In this document: positions 32,795-44,947 of the stretch, in pieces
Position numbering within the stretch: position 1 is the stretch's first letter
Layout: every line of letters begins with the position of its first letter
Assembly: GCF_002571385.2 (NCBI RefSeq)
Contig: NW_019217845.1
Span: 227,452 to 291,451 of the forward strand
Length of the DNA: 64,000 nt
Source: Stylophora pistillata
Lineage: Eukaryota
Direction: 5' to 3'
Program-made: the position numbers and the translations under genes
Notes under the pieces: model-generated
Told to the model about the DNA's origin: nothing
The model's database searches: none
Seen by the model: the letters and a program-made list of their open reading frames with translations, nothing else

Positions 32795-35700
32795 GAAATG
32801 GAGAAACCTTCAAGAAAATGAAAACAGAACAGAATGCAGATTCAGTCGCTTGGAATAACCACGTGTAATGTAAGTAAAAAATAGCAACAAAGAAAGTGAA
32901 AAAGATACTTCTTTTAGTTGTTCATTACATTGTTTACGGTGATTTCCAATTCGATTTCTCGAATCGAATTGGTTCTTAACATCTCATTTGGGTGATGCAG
33001 TGGCAGAACTGTTCTTTTTAATTGAAATGGTGGATTAAAAGCCGCTTGTAATCAAACAGGAAAAAAGAACAGGACAAAAACTAGTGAACCTTTAGTAGCA
33101 ATTGGCCATTTTCGATATATTAAAATTCTAACATGGCTCCAGGGCTAAGGGGAATAAAGCAAAAGAAATAAGTTATTCATCCCTCAACCTCGATGTGATT
33201 TCCGGTTTGTTTTATTCCCCCAAGCCTCGGAGGCCTACTGACTACCAGCTGCTATAAAGTAATGGAGTCCAGGCTTCCACCTTCTCCTCTCCTAGGGGGG
33301 GTCACGGGCACCCCAGGACCCCCCCTGGCTACGCCCTTACGGTGTAAGGGGAAATTAGATACTAGTCAAAGCTTCTCCTGGCGCTTTTTCTATTGCTGAC
33401 TCCTTTTGCACAGATTTAAGTTTTACATCGAAAGAGGACGACATTTAAATGGAATAAAACTTGATGACTAGGAACATAAAAAATGTATCGTTTTCAGGGG
33501 CGCATCCAGGATTTTTCAAAGCAGGAAATAACTAAGGAATTACGTAACTGACAGGTGTTGTAAAATAATTTTCAAAGCAAAAATAATGGCAATATTTCGT
33601 TAAGATCCGATCAAGGACCGCAGGGGAATGATCAGGGTGGCTGAATCGTTTTACTCAATAGAGTAAGCCATGAAAAACGTCTTTTTACAATTTCGATACA
33701 GTGTCAAGCAGAAAGAGAATGTGAAGATTGAAGAGGACACATATATTGGACATGTTGATTGAGAGCTAAATTCTTAAGCTTGAAATCACAGGAGATATAT
33801 GGCAGACAGGTAAGAAGAAATTATATAAAGATCTCGGGAGGTGTCAAATTGATGATGGTCTCGTGATCGCCCACCTGAAATGTCTCCGTTCTAAAAATAC
33901 TTATTCGGTAATATAGCAGTATTGCGGTAGGTGTGTATGATATTATTATTTTATAAAAATAAAATTCAAGGCTGCACTCAAGTAGAGAAGGATATCATCA
34001 CAGACAACTGTTTCAACTGATAAATTAGGAGACAAATGTTGACCATTGTCATTTGATTTGCAAGATGAAGGTCATTTAAGTTCGGTATTGTACATAACGT
34101 GTCGTGATACTTTAAAAAAAAAAAGAACAACAGCAAAATACTTTCGATCAAGTCCTATTTCACTGCTAAAAAGAATATTTTTCCAAATTTTTCAATCTTA
34201 AAATTCAACATACATGTTGGACTTTCTGACGCGAAGTTTGAACTGAAGTTTAACCCGTGAAAGGTCATTCGTTTGGACTGGAAACCGTATCAAATGTGCG
34301 TTCGTCACGACGAAATAATTCTGACTAAACGACTCTTTTCTAAAGAAGGTTATTACAAGATTTTTAAAGATCATGATATCGATAGACATAAGCGTACCTG
34401 TACGAGACGGTTTGGGCGATATTTTCGACGTGCACAATATACTACTTGCAGTATCCTGATGCAATGTTGGCGAGTTTCTACTTAAATTACAAACTTTTTA
34501 GCTGCCGTTTTCTGAATCATTTGCAGAAACAGTCTTATGTCTTTCACTGCCATACCTTATTGGTAAATCACTTCCTTGTTTGTAATACACGAGTGGAGGG
34601 GTAAAAATACGAAATGATTCACCCACTCTTCGTTTCTGACTCGTTACTGTCTCGTGATTCAATCGTTTGTTTGCATTTGGCACGAGATCTTGGCGCGTCT
34701 TACTGTCACTTATACGAAAAAAAAAAAACTCAGATATTTCTCAAATTTGTTTCTGTACGTACCTTTTCTTCCTATATAATTACCTTTAGACTACGACGAC
34801 CAGCCACGAATTCGTTCAAATACCCACAGAGCGAACTGAATAACCTCGGGTGTAAACAGGAAGTGAACTTTAGGCGAGGGAGGGTCGCGCGCGTAAAATT
34901 TTGTCACAACCACACACCACAGGTGAAACGCGCGTGTCACTGACGTTACGGGACTTCAACTTTACGTTGAGAGTACAGACGAGGCTAACGTCTTCGAAAT
35001 AAATGGCAAAAGGAATATCGAAAAGAAAAAGAAAGAGTTTTCTAGTTTTCTGTAACTTCAGTTCAAAATGTGAAACGTGATTTAACCAAACTTTGATGTC
35101 AATATTGTTAATGAAATCATTGGCTACTCGTAATTTCACAATATTTCAACGGAACTTTACAATCCACACTTCACTGTGCACTTAAAAAACCCACCAGGAT
35201 TCGGTATGCAAAAGCTCTGGAGTGAAAACTTCCCCAAAACCAAATTCCTTCCCCTCCTTCCATCCCATTCTACAGGGAGAAAAAAAGGGTTTGTTGCAGA
35301 AATTCTTAGATGATTAGGGTGAAAAAATTTAAATAATTTCTTTTTCCACATTGCCCATGAGGGCAAAATACAAACTCTTAAGGCAAAGGGTATGTGAATT
35401 CAACTGTCTTTTACTGTGTATCTTCAACCTTGCATAATCTAACAACGACATGCACATTCTCCATACTATTCTTTATACCTTCTCTAAGATGCTGACAATG
35501 ATAATTTGCATAACAATCCAGAGTCTCCTTAGTTGCTGATCATGTATTTCATTCCTGTGACCTTCTTGTTTGATTTAGGGGTGATATTGTAAGGAGAAAT
35601 TAGATGTTGGTCATTGTTAGGGATCAAAGGATTAAGGCACAAGTGGGTGAATTCAACAGTCAGTTGGTGTGTAAATTTTAGCTTGTATCAACACAACACA

Positions 35701-36696
35701 GTTTAAACTTTTTTTTAATAGGGTAGTTTAATTAAAAGAAATTTACAGAACACATCAAAGTCAAATTCCGGCCTGGCTTCTTGCTATAGACATTATAGTA
35801 ATTTTACTACAGTCTACCCTATGACCACATTCAATAATTTCCATTTCAGAGCTTGGGTAACTATCTTTGTTACACAATTTGAGTAATTCTGGAATATCTC
35901 ATTATGAAATTTATGTGGCCACTAATATTCACCACTTAATGTGATCAATAGGTGCATAACTCAATAATGATTAACACGGCATATAATAAAACTGTGATTT
36001 TGTTACCTCAAGGACTTATGTGAACTTGATGGTTTTTGTTGAAGCTAGCTATTTCCCTGGTACAATTAGTGACAAAATAATTTTTTACTATGTTCCTAAT
36101 GTGCATGGAGTTGCAAAGCAGATGTGATTTTTACTCTCCAACATGGAACATGAGAATATAATAAAGTAAAATTAACAATTCCCTCAATAAAGAAAACTGT
36201 ACCCTCTTGAAAATTCTACATAAATAGTTCTAAGCAGTTGTCTGAGAATGGGTGTATTCTAGTTGTCAGCAAAACCAGAAGACAGAAGAATTTCTCAGAC
36301 AAAGTCAAGCACCTACAACACATTTAGAACTTTCACTGAAAAACTGATTGGTCTCCTTAGAAAAAAAATGGAATCCCAGTAACATATTTTCTTGCTTCAG
36401 TTAGAATGACCAGAGCCACTCTTATCTCTCTAATCAAGATGATTCTAAGAATTTCGTTTGAAGATTACAACTAAATTCCATTCATCCCAGGTAAACCAAT
36501 TATTTAGTCACTTGTAGCATTGGTCTCAGTTAATAAAACCAATAGGAAACTACCTTCAGGAGAACTAATTTAATAGGGCTGAATGGGCTATCAGATAATT
36601 AAAATCATGTGTGTTCCATGAAACTAGGTAACCATGAATTGTGTCATATTTATATTGCCCAATCAAGGCTGCACTCTAAGAAAGATTAAAGGGAGC

Positions 36697-36827
36697 CCTG
36701 TGCACTGAAACTGTGAAATCCAGGGTGCCCAGCATATGCCTTTTATGAAAAAACTAAGATTCCTAGGTTGCCCAAGAGCAAAAGTAAGGCACCAGGGGCT
36801 ACCGGGCACTGCCAGACCACAGCCCTG
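36697..36827 (+). repeat. Dispersed DNA-element fragment, second copy at ~5995-6085
   Basis: Shared cccaagagcaa..gtaaggcaccagggg..acc.ggcactgccaga..ccacagcc.tg. Confidence 0.55.
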
Positions 36828-37312
36828 CCAATTGAAATCCTATATTTCCCCTTTGGGGAAATCAAGGGTGTAATAACATGAGTATAAACTAATTTCAAGT
36901 ATTATCACGTGCTCTGCAATGGGATAACAATAGGACAATTGTCTACACAAACTCTTTACCCATCAAACCCTTGCTGCCCTTTCACAGAACTTGCTTGACA
37001 AATTATCAGGAGAGCAAGCAATTACATGCAATAAAATGCATACCTACATATTTTTACCCTAGAAATTTCTCTGCTTTCCCTGCCCAATAAACGATACACA
37101 GGGCTGTCCTTTCATATCATGCATGATATAAACTTCGTAATGTATCTACTTTAATTCTCTGACCGTGTAATGTACATATTGAAATGAATTAAACTGAAAC
37201 CATCTCCTAACACTTTCTCCCACCTTCTAAGCTTTGTAAGCTACACAATAGAAATCAAGGAATATTTCGTGGCTTTCATTCGATCAAGAAATAAATTAAC
37301 GCCTTCTCTAGT

Positions 37313-37690
37313 TCACATAACACAACAACATACTTGATCCTTTCCATAAACTGAACTCAAAAGAAGCAAGTCCTCTTTCACTTCGTGGGTAGACTTGTTC
37401 ATATCCACATAGATCCATTCTTCGTACGCCTTGTTGGCGTCAGGTGAAAGTTCTGTTGATCTTTCCATCGACGATTCTCGAAAGTCGGCAATATCCTGAT
37501 CTGTGATAAAGACTGGCTCGTCTCTCCCGAATCCAAATTCAAGCTCTTCGTCATCACTATCAGCTTTTAAGGGAGTCGTTTCTTCCGTGACTTGTTTTAC
37601 GTCGATATTAATGTGGTCCTCCACTGGATTGTCGTCGACTTTAAGATCAATGTTTTCGATAGTTGGCGTTTCTGTTCCACTCGCTGCCAT
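37313..37690 (-). CDS. Orphan 125-aa acidic protein with EEWIYVDM motif and C-terminal CCCVM (CaaX plus palmitoylatable Cys)
   Basis: Single ORF, start tacATGG, ends VCCCVM-stop. Confidence 0.78.
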   Translation of the reverse strand: MAASGTETPTIENIDLKVDDNPVEDHINIDVKQVTEETTPLKADSDDEELEFGFGRDEPVFITDQDIADFRESSMERSTELSPDANKAYEEWIYVDMNKSTHEVKEDLLLLSSVYGKDQVCCCVM

Positions 37691-38389
37691 GTATATACCT
37701 TATCAGTGCACAGCACACGTATGTTTGTACTTTCGCTTCTGGTATGATCTCGTCACGACTTGCCCTGGCCTTTACGTACAGTACTTTTCCTTTCTGTTCG
37801 CTCTCAAAGCTTAAAAAACCTCAAGTAGTTTTCTCCTGATTCAAAATACTTCCCACAAAAGCTCTCTAATACTCAAAAAGAGATTAATCTTAGATCTTTC
37901 TCCATATAATGATTTACTTTCTCTTTGTCGAAGCTCAGGAATACCCAGCCTCGCTTTCAGTAGCCTGCCAACAGGCTCTCGGTTTGGAGGGCGCGATATC
38001 ACGCAGATGTCACGCAAATATCTACCCATAATTCTATTATAGGACGCAAATTGACGCATTTTAAAAAATTCGTAGCTTCAATTCCATTTGATTTTCCAAA
38101 GAACAGACCACCAGAATTTTTTGGGTGACTTCGTGTCTAACCTAAAGATCTAAGTCAGTACAAAAACTTTGAACCTCAAACAGCAAAGGTTTATGTTATC
38201 ATATGTAATGTTTTAGGGATGAAGTCAGCTGAATTAATTCCTCACAACAAATCCCTGGATTAAGGAATAGACGACAAGTCACAGGACAGTACAATATTCA
38301 CTACAGGATTTTGGTGGTTTTCGTCGCTTTCGCTCGGTTTGAGGAGCGTTACGTGGCATATTAAAAACCGTCTGCGAAGGAGATAAACC

Positions 38390-40487
38390 CTACCTCTCAT
38401 TTAAGATCAAAATTTTTGTACATCATTTTTTTCCATTTTCGTGTTCAGTGTGTCTCCTTCACCTACTCTGCCAAATTTCAGTTTAGACTGAGCATCAGAA
38501 ATATCTTTTTTCGGGCCGTTAAATTCACGATTTCGCGTCCGCCATTATTTGACCATGTTCCGGAAGTTGATCGTTGGACTTAGAGGAAGTGACGTCAAAG
38601 GCTTAACGCGAAAATCTCACATCGCAAAATGTCAAGCAAATTAACATAACAGAGTGCTTTACTCTATTCTTACAATAACTAAACAAAAATGACTGGGCAT
38701 CGAGGCGTAATTCAAAGCTGAAGTAATCGTGCAGACCATGCTGCAGGTATTTCTCTGCATCGGCGCCTTGCAAATAGATCAGAGCGGGAAAAACGGATGC
38801 GATTTATGCGACCTCGCCGAGTAAACTTCAATCCTACAGAAATATTTGTGATCTATTCTGAACACTTTTCGGAGGACTGTTTCGAGAGATCTGTTTACTT
38901 TGAAGGATATAGGGGAAGAATTCTGTCGGGTTCAGTGCCTACCGTTCAAGAAGAGAAGGGACAAGAAAAACCATCCTCAGTGCGATCTCGACGCCGGAAA
39001 GCGAAGTCTACGAACCTCCACGGATTTTGTCACCTTTACATATGAGCTGATCAATATCCACCTTTAACAACTCTCTGGCAGAATACCTTACACAAAGGAA
39101 AGTACTCGGTGAACATTGTAAATAAGAATGATAAAATAGCCGAATTGAGGATTGAGATTTCTGACCTCAAAGAGCTCACTTTTATACAAAAGAGATGAAA
39201 AATATAATTGTGTGCTCTGATTCTAAAAAAAGCTGGCTTTAATATCAGCGAAAGCAGAACAAACAGCTTAAGACACAGAGCGTAAAAACACTTTAAAATG
39301 TAGGCTTGCAGCCAAAAAACCGAGAAAATGAAAATTTCTTTAAAAACCTGTCAAACTATCAACCATCTGACAGCCAAGTCAGCGTGCTATCAAAGGGTCT
39401 CAAATTCATCCCAACGCCCGTGACAAACGAATTTAAAATCAGGCCAACTTTTGCGAGATTTATTCGCAAGACGAATGCGCCTCCGTTACACCTTTCACGG
39501 ACAAAACAAAGAACCACTTCTGTTTCATATCAAACTGAATGCCACCGGTTCAGTCTTCTATCGCCCTTCAGAGCTACTTGGAAAATTGTCATAACGCTAC
39601 TTGCAGACTGCATCTAAGCCAAAAAATACTTTGTAACGCAATGAGGTCACGGCTCTAAAAGAGTTGAAACAAACTCTGCTTTAAACCTCACCGAAGCAAC
39701 ACAACAATAGTCATCATGAATAAGACAGAAAAAACAAAAGAGGCCAAAGTGCAACTCAACAACAGAGTTCACTTCAAACCTCTCAAAGCACCGATAGTAA
39801 AAAACACGTAGGAAAGGGTTAATGAGATCATTGACCAAATGCATCGGGGAAAACACATTGATGGCTTAGAAATGGCTTTCACAAACTCCCAATATCCGCC
39901 TTCGGATACACAATTAGCCATTGCCGAAAACTATTTTTACTAATCACCCGATCATTTCTTACAAAAAAGGAAAATCCCTTACGACAAGCAAAAATACAGT
40001 TCGAAGGCGATAAAGCGATGCGACCACAAAAGCCACATGGGGAGTCCGTGCCGTTCTGTGTTTATCTTTATTCGCATGGCAAAAATTCATCGTTTGTCGG
40101 CGCAAAACTATCCACAGAAGCTTCAGATGATTTCTGGGACAATTCATCGTCTGAAAAAGTCGACATTTCCCGACTGACAACGAAACAGTTCTCAAAAAAG
40201 TAATATGTGTGATTCTCTGTGCAGCGAACAAAGAGAGTTGTGACAAAGCAAAGCATAAGTTTGTTGAGCCTTTGACGTCATGATGACGTTTTTGCGGGCT
40301 CGGCTGGAACATGTTTTCAGCAATGGCGGACGATTTTTGGACGACTTTGAAGCGGTAAAAATTGGTCATCGAAGGTTTGTTTTGAGTTTTTAATGGCAAA
40401 AAGGGTCTTAACTTGACCCAATTCAACATTGTGTAAACAATTTAGGCCAAAATAAAATGGTCAATTTTCGTCTCAGGGGCACTTTAA
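38390..40487. mobile_element. Decayed composite transposon region: THAP-domain remnant, Penelope-like RT fragment, Kolobok-like end
   Basis: 38797-39045 encodes RRVNFNPT..VIYSEHFSEDCFER (THAP CSxHF-like); 39306-39900 encodes frameshifted NLSNYQ..SQVSVLSKGLKFIPTP...RMRLRY (PLE ORF N-terminus); ends ggggcacTTTAA. Confidence 0.55.
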
Positions 40488-40589
40488 CCTNNNNNNNNNN
40501 NNNNNNNNNNNATTTGTTTTAAGAACATCAAATTTCCGCGGGGCAACTGTCAGCCGATAGTTCCTCGACAGAAACACTATTGTTTAGCT

Positions 40590-41205
40590 ATGACCAACTA
40601 TCATTCATTTTGAGCTTGTTCAAATTCTTCATGATAGTCGATGATAGTTTCTTACGTTTGACCACGCGTATGATAGTTCATGATAGTTTTTGGTCAGCTG
40701 TTTCTCCAAAAATCGGCGAGCTCGTTTAAAATGGCCGCCAAAAGCTCCTCGCGAGGCTCAGCTTCAGCTTCAGAAATTCGTTTTTATACCCAAGATAATA
40801 ATGAGAAAGAAAATAGTGAAAACCAAGAATCTGGTTTTCAATTTCAACATCCCCCTATCGTTTCTCCTTTTAATCCATTCCCTTGTCCGTCGTCTCTTCC
40901 CCATCGCTCTCCAGATTCATCCTCCGTACATTCCTCCAACAAATCGAATACTAGTCAGCAAGCTGCCCCCCTCTTTCGTCGTGATAAATTCATACACAAG
41001 TTTGTTTGTCTCAGGCGAAGCCACGTTAGTGTTCACATTTTACGCGGAAAGAGCCTGTAACTAGCTGCTCGCGTGATTTTGCTCGCGCGACTGCCAGTGA
41101 ACTATCATCAACGTTTTTGGCGATTTGACCATGCGAATGATAGTTGATGATAGTTTGAAGACAATCAACTATCATCGACCATCATGCGCCGTTTGACCAA
41201 GGCTT
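40590..41205. mobile_element. Non-autonomous DNA element with internal atgatagt repeats (PIF/Harbinger-like)
   Basis: Multiple atgatagtt/aactatcat motifs in both orientations; terminus cgtttgaccaaggc. Confidence 0.5.
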
Positions 41206-41547
41206 TATCCCATTCAGAACCTCAAACTTTCCTACAAAGGGCCATCTTAACTCTTGCCCAGTTCTCTCACATTTACGCGGAAGCCACAAAACCTTCAGAA
41301 GACTTTTTAAAGTTGGTTACAAGTTCAGGAAATGACACAAAAGTACGATTATATAATTTTTAATAGCAAATTTGCATTATAAACTCATGCTATCATTCAA
41401 ACCCAGTTACTTCTGAACACCAACACGAAGGAATATAAATGTTTTCTTTTAAACGAGATGACACTTGAAATGCATGGCGGTTACACATTAACACTAATTC
41501 GACTATGAAATCGAAAATAAACTCAGAATGCCTAGCTATTGTTCCAA

Positions 41548-42318
41548 CTACATTATGGAACACTTTCCACCTCGTCCACATCCTATGCATTTTACAGTTT
41601 TTTCGTCGAGTTCGTCAACACTCCGCGTAATTTCTCGCCTTTCGTTCTTCAAGCTCTGTTCCAGCCTCAAATCAACGTCTTCAAACTCTGCTTCCCCCAA
41701 GCTAATGGCTTCTTCAACCGGCGATTCTCCCTGTTTTAATGTGTACGTTTCTTCCACAATTTTATTTTCGAACACAAGCGCGGAAAGTTCGGGTTTGAAC
41801 GAAGATTTTACGACATCATCATGAACACTATCTCGTGAGTTGACACTCTCATTCGATTTCCGAGTGGCATAGAAATCTTTTCCGAGCGATGATTCAATCA
41901 CGAACTTCGGCTTGTCGTTCTTTGATTTCGATTTCGTCGATTTCGAAGCTTCTTTAGGTTTCTTCTCGCTTTCAAATGGAGCTGTTCCGAATTTGTCTTT
42001 GTTGATGTCCTTTTTGGATGGCTCTTTGATGTTTTCCGCTTCGTGTGGTTTTTCAGCTTCTTTTTCAATTTCCTTCTCAGGTTCTGAAGCAAATCCAGGT
42101 TCTTCTGAATCAGGACTTATAACTTTCCGTTGTCGACTACGCGACCGCCTGGCATGCTGGGCGTACTCACCCAATGTGTCAATCGCAGGTCCTTCGTTCT
42201 TTGTTCCCTCTTTCTCAGCTCTTTCGTCAACTTGTCTTTCAACAGCTTTTTCAGTTGGGATTAAAATTTTCAAATCTGGTGTCTTGCTCTTGTTTTCTAA
42301 TGTGACGGCTTCCTTTTC
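41548..42318 (-). CDS. In-frame continuation of the SxIP gene beyond the TAG; ends EFEDVDL...CIGCGRGGKCSIM (CaaX)
   Basis: Same frame as 42319-45021 (offset 771 nt = 257 codons); open from the codon after the TAG to CSIM-TAA; no ATG until the last codon. Confidence 0.72.
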   Translation of the reverse strand, partial: EKEAVTLENKSKTPDLKILIPTEKAVERQVDERAEKEGTKNEGPAIDTLGEYAQHARRSRSRQRKVISPDSEEPGFASEPEKEIEKEAEKPHEAENIKEPSKKDINKDKFGTAPFESEKKPKEASKSTKSKSKNDKPKFVIESSLGKDFYATRKSNESVNSRDSVHDDVVKSSFKPELSALVFENKIVEETYTLKQGESPVEEAISLGEAEFEDVDLRLEQSLKNERREITRSVDELDEKTVKCIGCGRGGKCSIM

Positions 42319-44947
42319 CTAGACTTTAGTTGCTTCTTCTCTGACATCTGTGCCATTTTGAACAACATTTTTTCCAGCTATTAAATCTTTGACACCCACT
42401 TCGGCTTTCCCCACATCCACATCTTCTTTCGTTGACGGTTTTTCCGCGATTTTCGACTCCTTTGGTGGCTCATTTACGGTACTGGCTGGTTTAAGAACAA
42501 TGTCATCGATGTTAACCTTCTCTTTAAAGTTTTTGTTGTCGTCCCTCACAGAGAAAACGTAACTATCATCCAGTTCTAGTTGGTTCTCTGTATTGATGTC
42601 GGGAGCATAGCTTTTCAACACTTCACTGATTAAGTCCTCTGCCTCTTTTGAATCCAGCATCTGCAGGTCCGAATCATGCGATATCTCTTCGAGTTCCTCG
42701 ATTTCTTTCTCTTGTTTCAAGAATTCCTCGTCCTCTTCCAAATCCGCAGCCGGTACAACCACTTCAATGGGCTCATCGCGAAATATTTGTTCCATTTTTC
42801 TCGCCTCGGAGAAAATGTACTTATCCAGGGGCGATTCTGAAGAGAAATTTTCTCGTATTGGAGTACTGGGAGGGGTAGCAGGCTCCTTGTCGAAAGAAGG
42901 CTGCTTACCACCAAAAGTTGGTATTCCTGTTCTGGGCAACTCTCCGTTGGGTGAGTTCGCCGGGGACTTTGGCGTGGCTGCATGCTTCGGGAACGAAGGA
43001 GTTTTACTCTTAGTTTCCACGGGTGAGGATGCCACTGCAGGTATACCCGTCGGCACGGTCTCTTTCTCTGCGCTTGAGGTTTTACGCGTTAATTTGTCGC
43101 CAGCATAACCTGGAATCTTGCTCGACGGTGTCAATTCGCCAGGCTTCGGAATCCCACTTGCCTTCGATGCGATTGGCAGGGAACTTGGTGGAGACTTTGC
43201 CGCGGTTTTAGGTTCTGGAATCCTGGACCCTCCAGCTGTAGGGACCTTTGACTCAAGGGTCGCGTTGGACAATGTAGAAGGAAGTGTTGGAGTGCGTGAC
43301 GAGTTCCCAGGGGGTCCATCTGGTTCCGTAGCTTTGGACCCTCCCACAGTGGAAAGCTTTGATTGCGGTGTTTTAGTTCCAGAGGATGCTGACGGCGATT
43401 TAGCAAAGGATGGAATGCGGCTGACCCCCATGGGGATGCCGCTGCCCTGCGAGGAGGAAGATGCATTGGGCATCTTACTTTGAGAACCAGTAGCAGGAGA
43501 ATGTGCCTCTCCTCCGTTTTGCGACGCCTGCCCTTCATTCTGACTGTCTTTGCGAGTCACGGAAGGTATTCTAGACTTGGGAATACTAGACTTGGAGAAA
43601 GACGGAATTTTGCTGACTTGCTTGGCAGGCTCAGGACCATTTGGTATACTGGTAGGATCTTTATTTTCCTTTGCTGAATCAGGTTTATTGTGTGAGGATG
43701 CTATGGATGGAGAGATTTTGCTTCCTGCCTTGTCTTTCTGCAAAGCGCTCTCCTTACGTCCTGTTGTGGGTATCTGGGATTTATTTGAGGACGGAATTTT
43801 ACTCTTCGGAGGAGTGCGTTCCTCAGCGCCATTTTTCTTCGTCATTGAAGGTATGCGAGAAATGTGCGAGTCTGTTTTTTCAGCGCTTCCTGGCGACCGA
43901 ACAAGCGATGGAATCTTCGACATCTCACTGCTGCTTGCCGAGCGGGAGCGACCACTCTCTATTGAACTCTTAGAAGGAGACTTATTCAACGAGCTTGAAG
44001 TTAAACTTCGATTACTAGACGTTTTGCATATATTGCCTCCTGTATCCTCGTGAGTTACAGTTGGCGAGTTAGTTCTCAATTGACCGCGCGGCCGAACAAT
44101 GTCACTTTTTTCTCTCCTTACACTCGGCGATGCACGATTTTTAGTGACGTCACTGCGTTCACGTTGAAGTCCAGCTGGTGATTGTGAACGCGGGCTCGAC
44201 GCAATCCCGTTTTCCCGCTTTAGACAAGAGGATGAATTTGATCGCGCGCTAATCGGGAGAGAATTGTTATTATTAGCTGATAATTGGGTTCGACGTGGTC
44301 TAACAATATCGCTTTTCTCACGACGAAGGCTACCGTTTTTCAAAGAGTCTTGAGCTGTCTGAGGAGACCTGGAGGGTGGTCCTGGTTTTTTAGGGGCAGA
44401 AAAACTGGCGCTGCGTCTCGGCCGTGCACCCTGCTTATCTTGGGCGTTGTCCTGTTTAAAACCGCCCTGGTTTGACTTGGCGACCGGTTTTACAATGCGT
44501 GGTTTATTTGTTGCTTGGCAACCGTTGTTGACTTGTATAAAAAGCGGATAGCGGCTTGAAAAATCGTTCGGATCGTGGGAATGCTCGGGTAATGAGCACA
44601 CACTATCAGCTGTAGTTTCAACACAATCACTACCAGATCCGCTGCTTAATTTGGACTCTGATCTATTTAACGTTGTTCCGTTACAGTTCACTCCGTTAAG
44701 ACGATTTTCACTTTCGCTCTCGCTGCGTTTTCTCTGAGTCTGACTGAAGTCCCCTGACCTACGCCTGAGATAAGGTCTTTTTCTGAGCGCTACATCACTA
44801 TTGCTTCTTCTGACTTTCTTTGGTTCTGGAACTCTTTTGAGCGGGGCTGGTCTAAATTGAATCTGGGGTACAGGTGATATTCCAAAGCTGGGGCTGGCAC
44901 CAAAGATGGCGGACGCGTTCCGTGCTCTGCTCGATGGCTCAGGGAGA
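42319..44947 (-). CDS. Main exon of a large Ser/Pro/basic disordered protein with ~16 SxIP (EB1-binding) motifs; putative microtubule plus-end-tracking protein
   Basis: 900-aa ORF whose 5' end contains the splice acceptor tttgtatgttttctcag (exon starts at 44947, phase 2); repeated SKIP/SRIP/SQIP/SGIP/TGIP; ends at an in-frame TAG at 42319-42321. Confidence 0.82.

Noticed and set aside
23009-41600. Assignment to paralemmin or G-protein gamma families based on CC..M/CSIM ends
   Set aside because: No paralemmin PVTMIFMGY motif or N-terminal coiled coil, and no GGL domain visible; only the lipidation signal is shared.
42300-42345. Small intron removing the in-frame TAG
   Set aside because: No good donor, no polypyrimidine tract before CTAG, and GTCTAG is far too short.
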